In this document: piece by piece, positions 53,881-64,000 of the stretch | How positions within the stretch are numbered: position 1 is the first letter of the stretch | Layout: each line of letters begins with the position of its first letter | Assembly (NCBI GenBank): GCA_051047955.1 | Contig: JBPGPT010000055.1 | Span: forward strand, 1-64,000 | Reading direction: 5' to 3' | Origin: Cystobasidiomycetes sp. EMM_F5 | Taxonomy: Eukaryota | DNA length: 64,000 nt | Made by a program: the position numbers and the translations under genes | The notes under the pieces: generated by a model | The model's input: the letters and a program-made list of their open reading frames with translations, nothing else | What the model was told of the DNA's origin: nothing | Databases searched by the model: none

Positions 53881-54258
53881 TAGCGGTGATTGGCAGGTGG
53901 TCGAGGGATGGAAGTGGTCGCTTAGACGAGATCAGACGAGATTGAGATTGAGGGATGTGTAGTTGATCTAGCATCAGTCAGTTGTGGTAGGATACTCGTA
54001 TGGCAATTCGCAAGCACCGGCTAGCCGTCGTGCCAGTCTTTTCGGAGCAAATCGTTATCCTACATGTCGTACATGAACCACTCAAGACGCACATTACGTC
54101 CAGTGAGTCTGCCTCTTCTCCGCGCAGACGAGCTCGGATTTGCATCACCTTTTCAATTTTTCTTGCAATCGAGGAAGGCACAAATTCCCGCCCCAGAGCC
54201 AGAAGCTCAAGAGGGAACCGGGCAACGACGGCGCTAAAGCTCAAGCAAAACACACAAT

Positions 54259-55096
54259 ATGTCGGCAGCACCAGTGACCGCACACGCGGAACAGACCGAG
54301 AAGGCGTACTTGAAACAGCCAATCTTTCAAAACACGAAAATCTCTGGAAAGGCAAAGTCATCGACCAAGCTCAAGAGGTGGACTCGCGAGGTCGGACTGG
54401 GCTTCAAGACCCCGTCAGAGGCAATCAACGGAACCTACATCGATAAGAAGTGCCCCTTCACCGGCAATGTCAGCATTCGCGGCCGTATCCTTACCGGCGT
54501 AGTCGTAAAGACCAAGATGACACGAACAATCATCATCCGAAGAGATTAGTTAGTCGTGCTGCCTGAAAGACATGCGGTACACCAGAGATTTTTGGACACT
54601 AATGGCATGCCTGCTCGCACGCGCCAGCCGCCTATGCCGTACGCACTTGCATTGCAACGGAAAGCGAATGCAATTGGAGCAAACAGCGGCGTGCCATAGA
54701 GAGCCAAGATTACAACGTGGACCGCTGCACTCAATGCACATACTGACGTGATGCTATGTCTTCCCAGCTTGCACTACATTCCCAAATACAACCGTTACGA
54801 AAAGCGACACAAGAATGTTGCGGCGCACTGCTCGCCAGCGTTCCGTGTAGAGGAGGGTGATATTGTTACCGTTGGTCAATGTCGGCCATTGACAAAGGTC
54901 GGTCAGCTCGTCGCTGGTTTGGTCGTCCGATTATGCTGAGATGCATCCTTGATTGCAGACTGTCCGCTTCAACGTTTTGAGAGTGCAAAAGGGCAAGCAG
55001 TCTGGGTCGAAGCAATTGTGCGCATTGGCATTTGCCCCTCTCTATACCACCAAGCTGAACTAATGTCCCGTTCCCTCTTACAGCGTCAAGTTCTAA
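54259..55096 (+). CDS. RPS11: 40S ribosomal protein uS17 (S11)
   Basis: [58 protein letters not shown] and [14 protein letters not shown]. Confidence 0.98.
54602..54697 (+). other. Predicted nested RNA stem-loop within RPS11 intron 1
   Basis: ATGGCATGCC/GGCGTGCCAT 10-bp stem; inner TGCTC/GAGCA and TTGCATT/AATGCAA stems. Confidence 0.55.
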
Positions 55097-55390
55097 GTCG
55101 TTCAGGAACGGATTGATGATTTGGCTGTCGTTGCATCACCGTGATTGCTCAGCGGTGTTTACGTTGTTTGGCGGTAGATCCGGGTCACCCCAGGCAATGC
55201 AAGCATACTAAAGAGCCGTTGCCGTGATATCAAGTGCCACGGATCTTCTCCAGCGTGCTCCAAACCCTGCCGCCCACCTCCTTTCAGACATTTTCTGACA
55301 ACATCTAGCCACTGATTACTTCCCTGCTCCGTCATTCTGGTCAGATAACATAAGGTCGCGCAATGTTCTGAACACCAGACTGGCTACATT

Positions 55391-57142
55391 TCAGATGAAA
55401 CACCCGATCACTGTCGTAACCCAGCTCAAGAACGACAGATGTCGAGGTCCATTGTCTCCGAAAAGATTCGTGTTGGCCGGATAACCCTGCTTGCCTAGCG
55501 CTAGGTAGCGATACAGCACACTGGCGTGAATCTCGGTCGGGAGGGCTTCGTATCCCTCTCGTATTGGCTTGAGAGGTCGCAGGACTCGGAAGGCAGCGTG
55601 ATGCGGGCTAGAAAGGCAAAGCGGTCAACACCAGAAGCGTTCGTGCACACAACGCTGCCTTGACTGACAGAGACGATGAATGCCATGTCACCTTGCCGTC
55701 TGCATTTACAACTGGGTACGTGCGCTCAAAGTTGAGGAACTCGAGAGCCCACCAGCCCCATTGCAGGACTAGCTTGTCGTGCATCGGCGCAGCGAAATCG
55801 GCTCTGTACTGCTTAAGACGCGGTTCGGCTGCAACTTGTGCTGTGTCGACTGAATCGGTAGCTATGCTGAACGGACTTTGGTCGTTCTGGTTCCGATGAT
55901 CCAGAAATGCGCCGGGTCTGGCAATATCAGGGTATAAAGCCAGGAACGGCCCAATTTTGTCTTGGTCGAATTGCAGTCCGTGTTGCATGGCGTGAAGGAG
56001 CATCCATTGGCTGCAGAAAGGTAGAGCAAATTATCAATACTGATGCACTTTCTAAGTCCAAAAAGTACTTACAGGGGGATGTTTGCTAGACATGCTTCGG
56101 GGGCATCAGACCAATATTTTGTTCTGCCGCCGGGCCCGCCCACGTCTGGCCTTGGAATTAGCGCAGCTCACAACGTCTGAGAAGGAGGGTTTTGTTCACC
56201 TGTATGGCAACCTGCGAACCATACCTCATTGAAATTCTTGCTGGGAGATTTGGGATTGTTGGACTTCTCCTGCGAAACTAGATTCTTACCAAACTTTACG
56301 CGTCTTTCGTCGAGTGATACGGCGTGGTACAAGTTGTCGACATTTTCGTTTGCGTAGGTGCCTGGCAGTCTGTGCACACGAAAGTAGCCTACGGATGATA
56401 CGGTATCCCTGTGAAGGATCGCAACCGTGTAAGCTGGACCATCTAATAGTCTGGTGTGGTGTATAGTCTCACCATACACCCATGAAGTGGATATTCAAGC
56501 TTCTGCAACCTGCTTCTCCCTTTGCATATTCCAGCCTCTGCCTTGTCTTTCGATATGTTGCTTCATCGCCCGACTCTTTGGCTGTGTAGTAGCCTTCATA
56601 CTCTTGCCATAGTCCTTTTACTTCTGCGGGATCACTTGCTCGGCTTGGTCGGACCCCAATCTAGGCGGTTGCATGAGCCGTCTTCGGTAAATTAGGTGGA
56701 TGTATGACTTGCCCGATGAATGAATGCAGCAAGAACTCTGGCAGTACTTTGAGCGAGCAGGAGGAGCATTACTCACATCACTGCACTGATACCATTTCTC
56801 CACTCACTATGCGCCCCTCGAGAAGCCAAACATGCACACTCTGTCTCCGGGCTTGGTACTACCGGCTATGAAGCAGTATGCATTGACAACCTTCTGGCCC
56901 AGGCTCCACGCTACGCCCATATCGGACACGTTCTTCAGCCATGTCACTGCTTGCCACTCGGATGGGCTGATGTCCTCTGTTCCAATGCCGGTATAGTATT
57001 GCACGGTTTGCTTCGAAACTTCGTTTTTCAGGAGCGCATCTGCTACCAGTCCGACGTTTGTCACGCTGCTTGGGGTGTTGTTGGTGCCATCAAAGCAGAG
57101 AATGACGGTGCGCCCAGAGAATGGTTCGTCGGGCTTGGACAT
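55391..57142 (-). CDS. DUF2235 alpha/beta-hydrolase (Tle1 phospholipase-like catalytic domain)
   Basis: ILCFDGT, YYTGIGT, GFSRGA(Y)TAR, W|DTVSSVG, HAVSLDERRVKF, EVWFAGCHT|DVGG and IHASV. Confidence 0.92.
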
Positions 57143-57521
57143 GAATGGTCAGCCCAATTAGTATTAGATGTTGGATAATGTTAGTCGACTGATTCGTGCA
57201 GAGGAAAGTCTGGCTGGCTGAAGCTTTGAACTTGCGACGTAGGGTTCCCCACGTGATGTTGGGGTAACTCCGAAGCTGCGGTCGTTTAGGATACAAGTAT
57301 CGCATCAACACTTGGCTCAGCTGCGATTGCACTTCTGTCCAAGGTATTGCGGAGACTGCTCAGATCTCGCCAGCTCGGCTCCGCTGCGACTATCCGTTGG
57401 CCCGTTCAGCGCCAGTCAAGTCGTATTCTGGTTCCGCTCGCTCGCTCAGCTGGTCCTTGACCAGCAATCTGACCCAGTCTCGGTCTATGCAACCGCTCGA
57501 GTTACTGCCTGACGCGCCGCT

Positions 57522-60500
57522 ATGTCGCTCAGTCCAGGCCATGGAAATCAGCTGCCAAATCACGTCTGTGGAAATAGCATAGATTTACGAATCAAGCTAA
57601 CGTCTCATCGTGATGGAAACAGCAACTGGGTGAAGTCCTCGGCAGAGGGGCATTCGGATGCGTTTACCGGTGAGTGAAACCGTGATATTTCCTTTGGCAA
57701 CTCGGTGAAGACATGTGTTGCAGGGCGCTTAATTGGCAGACTGGGGCAACAGTCGCAGTCAAGCAGATACAACTTGGCAATATTCCTGCAGCCGATTTAC
57801 CGGAGATTATGGTCCGCTCTTCTCCATTAACGTACCAGAACGCAGGCTGACTCCGGCTCTCACTTATCCTAGAGCGAAATCGATCTTTTGCGCAACTTAG
57901 AGCGTAAGTGTGTTTCAAGATCTGCCATCACGCTCTCAGCATCTCCTTTCGCAGACCCAAATGTGGTCCACTACAGAGGATTCGTGAAAACGACTGAATT
58001 TCTATGGATTATTTTGTGCGTAGCTCTGCCTCAAACGTATGTAACGGCCACATGTTGATATTATCTGTCAGATAGGGAATACTGCGAGAATGGGTCTCTC
58101 ACAGCTATCTGCAAGAAGTTTGGCAAGCTGCCGGAACAGCTTTGCCAAATATACATACATCAGGTGCTTGAAGGGCTGCTGTACTTGCACGATCAAGGCG
58201 TCATACACCGTGATATCAAGGGATCCAACATACTTGCGACCAAGGAAGGCTCCGTCAAGTTGGCAGACTTTGGAGTAGCTACTCGAGTTGTGACGTCTGC
58301 TAATTCCGATGACAAGCTCGAAAACGCATCCGAAGCTACCGGAGTTGTGATTGATCGCAGTGTAGTCGGATCCCCCTACTGGATGGCCCCGGAGGTTATA
58401 GAGCAGTCTGGTGCCACTACAGCTTCCGATATATGGTCGCTTGGTTGCACAATCATCGAGCTTCTACAAGGGCACCCGCCTTATCATCACCTCGACCCCA
58501 TGCCAGCGCTGTTCCGGATAGTCAATGACGACTGTCCGCCTTTGCCCGACCAGGCCAGCTCCGTTGTCCGGGATTTCCTGATGCAATGCTTTCAGAAAGA
58601 TCCGAATCTCCGTGTATCCGCGCGACAATTGCTGAAGCACCCGTGGATGATGTCTGCTCGTAAGCAACTGGATCGCATTCACCAAAGTGCACAAGCATCA
58701 TCAAGGAGGTTGAACACGAGCAACGGAGACAGCAATCGCCGTAGTACTGCAGCGGTACCATACGAAGAAACTGTCGCACAAGTACGAGAATGGAACAAAG
58801 CGCTCGATCAATCACAGACCACGACCAACAGCCGTCTACGAGCTCCGCATCCACCCTCGAACGCGCGCCGAACTTCGAACGAGATCCTACATAAGTTGTA
58901 CTCGTCGAGCATTACACCCTTACCCATAGGCGCATCAGTCTATCCAGTGATATCCAACGTCGGTCTGAAGTCGCAATTGAAGAATTTTCCCGAAGTTAGT
59001 TCCAGCACGGAGAACAAGGAGAACGAAGATAATTGGGACGACGATTTCGTCGGCGATGCACCTCTGTTTGCAGTGAGGGGCGCAATGACAACGCAATCAT
59101 CATCAAGTCATAGCAACGAATCAGATAAATCGCGCACATTACGACCGCTGCAGTCAAGGCTGCCGAAGGTACGAGCTGGCAACCTTACCTCTATTGGCGG
59201 TAACGGAGATGGTGCCACGGCGCCTCTCCAATCGCCGGATCACAGGAGGTCGAATAGCACCAGCTCAGAAAAGTTCCCCAATGTACAGCTACAGACCCGC
59301 AGAGGTTCAAGTACAATTCGCGTGCCTCGATTGCTCGAGAAGCCTGCACATTCGCCGCAGCCGGCTCGACCAGTACCAAACTCGGAATCGGGCTCCGGTC
59401 CGATTTACGTATCTGGCGGGCAGCCGGAGTCTGATGTTGAGTTGTATGACAATGACTACTCCGACTCCTTCTCCACAAACAAGCTAGACGCTCAGTGGCA
59501 CCGGCGCAAGTTGAAATTGCGGAGAAGTCCCACAAACAATGTATGTTCGGCTCAAAATTAGTCTTATCAGTACAGTTCGACTGAGATTGGGCAATCATAG
59601 ATGGGAGACGGACATGAAACCGCAGATCCTTTTGCAGACCTCGGGGGCGATGCCGAATTTGGCCAAGACAGTGTGTCTGAGACTCTTGAGGTTAGACTGC
59701 AGCGGGAAAGGACTGTCAAGTACTGCGCCGTCATCGATACAGCACTGGAGTCCATGGAGAACGGGTCGGATGCAAAGGCCTTGATAATCGGACTGGGGGA
59801 GCTGGTGAGTTTGCTTACCGGTAGTGCATTACAAACACGGGTTTGTCTCACAATGTTGTCAGATGGCTACGATAGAGCAGTCGGGGGACGCGAAGATACA
59901 CTTTCTGCGCTCACACGGTTTGATGGCTCTGGTAGATGCGATAAAACGCGTTCGCTTACTGGAGCTGGCCAACCTATTATTGCGGATTCTCAATTTCGTA
60001 AGTTTCACATACACCCATGCGGAATGGTTCAAGCTGAATAGTGATGCATTGCGAAGTTGACGGCCGATGACTCTTCTGGTTTGGACAAGATATGTGTCAG
60101 TGAAGGTAGAAATCTGGCAGAGCTCCTCGTCTAACAATACAGGCTTCTGCAGCTTGCCGGCGGTTTCCCTCTCATCTTATCGTATGCGAATGCTCGGTAT
60201 CCGCGCAGCATTCGTCTGGAAGCAGCTGTTTTTGTCGGGGCTGTATGCACGAGCCCAGCCTTTACGGTAGGCTTTGAATGTGATGTGAGATAATACACAA
60301 CTGTCTGACTGCCATCTTAGCTACATGTATTTACGAGCTGCGGTGTAAGTCTGAGTGGCCTGCCTTATACGACAGGAGAGCGCTTACGTGAGCACCTTGT
60401 CAGGGTCTGTCTACCCTCGTAGACATGCTGGACGGCGATTACAATGAATATAAAAGCCTGCAATGGATGGCTATTGATGGCATCAGCAAGATCTTTGATA

Positions 60501-62009
60501 TTAAGGTGAGTTGGGGAGCATTGCATTCTGATAAGATGGAACGAACTGGCGCTACTGACCGAATTACCAGTCGGCGATGTCTCGGAACGATCTATGTCGA
60601 TTGTTTGTCCGGGAGGGCTTGCTTTGCCGCCTATCGCGGCTACTGCCGAGCTGCTCAGCAGACGAAGACCCGCTAGCCGATAACGCAGTTTTGAAAATAG
60701 TAGCTCTTCTGCTATTATTCTCCCAGAGTGATCTTCGCATCAAGCTACAGCTGGCTGAGCAGTCGAATTTGACTAGTGAGTTGCTATTGTTATACTCAAG
60801 CTCGATTGAATGCCTTCTGATCTGAAGACAGCTGTCATGACATGTTTGGGTAGTCTGCCGCCTCATCTCAAGGCTCAGTTGCTCAAGGCTATTAAGAATA
60901 TTAGTATGGCTCCAGCGGCATTGGAGGCGTTACAGAAAGCGAATGCCGTCACGGTTCTTGCAGGATTGCTGACCAACCAACTTGCAAATACAGTAAGCCC
61001 AACGTACTTCTTGAGTCAAGCCATCGATTATTAACATTTCTATAGGACATCTCCAACCCCGTCGTATCGACATTGTATAACCTGTGCAGACTCAGCAAAG
61101 TGCGGCAGGAGGAGGCTGCGCTAGCTGGAGCAATTCCAGCTCTGCTTTCCATTGTGCATGCAAAATCCCCGTTAAAGCAATTCGCGCTGCCTATACTCTG
61201 CGATTTTGCAGCAACATCCAGGTCGTGCAGGAGACTGTTGCGCCGCTTTGGATGTCTCGATCTGTACATCAGCCTGCTGGACGATCCATTTTGGAGCGTT
61301 TCATCGCTTGATGCGATACTATCATGGTACATTTACATGCCGTTACGTACCTGATACGTTCTGACACACATCTCGTTGCGTCAGGTTACAATGCGAGATG
61401 ACTTACGTTGAGAAAGGTCTACTTCAACCCGGTGCAGTTGATGCCATCTCAAGAATGCTCGACGTCAAATCAAATAGCTCCGATAACTCGCTCGAGCCAC
61501 TTTTGAAGGCATGTTGAACAGATCGGCTTGCTAAGCGCTTGTGCTAAATGCGATTTCTCCTGCTAATTTAGATCATGCGCATGTCCACACCCTTGACACG
61601 CCGGCTAGGTGTGCGGTCAGATGTATACAATGGCATTGTCAGCCGCCTAGGATCAGCATCCACTGCGGTGACGCGCTTGAACTTATTGCGGCTGACCAAG
61701 CTTTTGGTCGACACAATCCATGGTCTGTCTTCATGCTGGAAAAAGTCAGACCTGCGATTGTGTATTTCTCGGCTGGCAGACGAGGACCCATCTCTCCTGG
61801 CACAAAATCTGTCAAAAGAGCTTCTGAAGGAATTGAATGACCCTCAACACCATCAGGGACTCACTCGCAGCGCATCAGTACAGATCAGCCGCGCCTCAGG
61901 CAGAAATCCGTCCCCTACTTTGTCCGACAGATCAAGCCGTGGGCACCGCATCCGATTAAGAAATAGATCACGATCTCCCGCATATGCTTCCGCTGAGGTA
62001 TCTGAGTAA
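57522..62009 (+). CDS. CDC15: Septation/mitotic-exit kinase Cdc15/SepH/Cdc7(S. pombe)-type with a C-terminal ARM/HEAT-like region
   Basis: [75 protein letters not shown] and [13 protein letters not shown]. Confidence 0.9.
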
Positions 62010-62241
62010 GAAGTCGTTATCGCAGTCTAAATGCAGCACGTAGGCAGAGTGGGGAACTGGTACGCAGTCATACTTTTCAGCCCGAACAAGGTAGAAATAG
62101 GTAGTTGAGCCAGCGGTAGCGTGTCAGGAAAGCAGTACGGTCTTTGAGTCAAGTGTCCTGCTTTGCTCGGTCTAGCGCCAGTCTTGCAATTTGCTCGGCG
62201 GCATTACCGCTCGACAGGCTTTCTTTCGCACCAATCAGATA

Positions 62242-64000
62242 ATGAACGGAGCACTCCCATCAGGCCGACCTTGGACTGGACCGCCGTTGCTGCCGTGCAA
62301 GTTCTTTGCGTCCGGTGCGCTGCGTCGTCCAGAGGCAAGCGGGTCGTGACTGAATTGTTATTTGAATCAATGATAGGGTCCTGCAAGAACGGTAAGATGG
62401 GGGTTATATTCTTTACACCGCATCCCGCTCAAATCATACATCACTCTCGGGTCATCGCAGGTGACGCTTGTCGTTATCTTCACGCTCTGCCCACCCCAAC
62501 AACGTCCGTAGATACGGAAATCCATGCAAACGCTAGGCGGTCACGGCCTGAGGAGTGGTATACTGAACAAACTGAAGCCCGAGATGAGAAGCGATACCGC
62601 CGCGCTTCGGATGTGTCGCCTCGACAGCATTCGCCCCGCGTACCGTCATTCGCGAACAACGACTCGGACGTACATTCACAGATACGACCGCAAAGATCCA
62701 CGTATGAAACCACTAGTCAGTACGATCCTGGCCAGCCATCTCTACTGCGGGAGAGCGGCGGAAGCGTTGCATTACAGCAGGACCAGAATGCGCCATATCA
62801 ACGGACCGACTCGAGCGGACATCGCGCACCGGCCTCGCACACCACAGCTCCTGCGCCATCCAACGGTACTGAAGTCAATAGTCGCTTAATATGGGATCCA
62901 GTCACGAAAAGTCTGGTTTCCGAAAAGTCCTTACAAACTCCAGAACTGTCGGGACCTGCGCACAATGCTGACCGCCATTATACGGCTGTTTCTCATGCGA
63001 GTCGGTCGCCTTTAGGAGGTACCGGTAAACTGCACGACAACTCTAGACACGGAACTTCGCGTAATGAGGCAGAACGAGATCGTTCGAACCGTGCGCATGT
63101 TCGCCAGCTCACGCCGCCAATCCATCCACAGGCGACATCAGCTGTCAGCTCTGCCCCGACTTCTGCATCCAAATCGTCCCTCCCGATTCCGGCATTAAAG
63201 CCAGCGCACGTCGCAAAGTCGGCAAAAGAGGCGGCTGATCAACACCGCGTCAAGTTGAAAGCCCAGCTTCACCGCGCTAACATGGAAGCCGCACGATCTG
63301 CTAATCAGAAGTCCGCAGACGAGATTCCTGTCAAAGTTGCACCTCCACCCCCGGATAGGCATGATTCTGGTGATCCGCAGCATCATATCACGTACGAAGT
63401 CCGTCTTGATATCCCGTCATCCGCCTCGCCCAATTCGCAATACATGCGTACCCTGATATTTGGTAAAGACTCGACCAACATTATTCGCGTGGCAGACTTG
63501 AGCAAGGCCCGCATTCGGATTAGCACAAGCCATAACTGTCTGGTGATATCGGGTACACGGGAACAGACTGATACGGCGGTCATGTTGCTCGAGCAATCGG
63601 TGCAGACGAGGTTCGATGGTTGGCGTGCGAAAATTGTGAAGCAATATCCCGAACATCACGCTGAGCATCAAAGAGCGGAAACTGCTCCCCACCACGTCCC
63701 ATTACACCATAACACGCCTTCGCTTACGTTACTTGGAAGAAATGGGGTTTCTACGGGCGAACTTGCTCCAACGGCGTCGCAACATGTGCCGAAAAGCAGT
63801 GATAAACAGTCCCCACACGCACACACACGCGCTCTAGACACTACATCACCTCCAATGAATTCGTTCGGACGCCCTCATGCGCCTAACCTGCAACCCGCTG
63901 ACGAAATGAAGGTGTCGACAGTTCCGGCAACACAAGGTCTGCGAGAGCGCACAAGTGCGGACGCGCAGGTTTGGCTACAAGAAGTCGCTCGGTCCTTTGG
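62242..64000 (+). CDS. CCCH zinc-finger plus KH-like domain protein (putative RNA-binding), 3' partial; absent from the ORF track
   Basis: Exons 62242-62314, 62377-62391 and 62461-end give CKFFASGSCKNGDACRYLH (C-x7-C-x5-C-x3-H). The frame is stop-free to 64000, with a KH-like segment at about 63393-63603. Confidence 0.8.

Overview
Gene-dense, intron-rich (mostly 45-70 nt introns) eukaryotic chromosome segment from a basidiomycete fungus, probably a Pucciniomycotina-type yeast (inferred from gene repertoire, intron style and compaction). About 35 protein-coding genes were rebuilt by hand across splice sites. Most are housekeeping: SLY1, TIM50, BUD31, mitochondrial uS15, NOP6, COG1, BUD23, thioredoxin, TAF4, TAD2, SSK1, PHA2, ARO2, CGI121, an Mpv17/SYM1-family gene, RPS11 and a CDC15/SepH kinase. 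Also present are an AA5 copper-radical oxidase, an O-fucosyltransferase-family protein, two duplicated flavin amine oxidases, DUF427, DUF1992 and DUF2235 proteins, a GNAT and several orphans. No tRNA, rRNA, transposon or CRISPR signal was recognised. The most notable items are: a head-to-head ARO2/PHA2 pair 158 bp apart, in which PHA2 lacks its ACT domain and has an altered TRF motif; long structured introns in RPS11, thioredoxin and BUD31; a CCCH-finger plus KH protein missed by the ORF track; an orphan PIP-box protein; and a secreted domain fusion. Exon boundaries are manual predictions and were not confirmed by transcripts.
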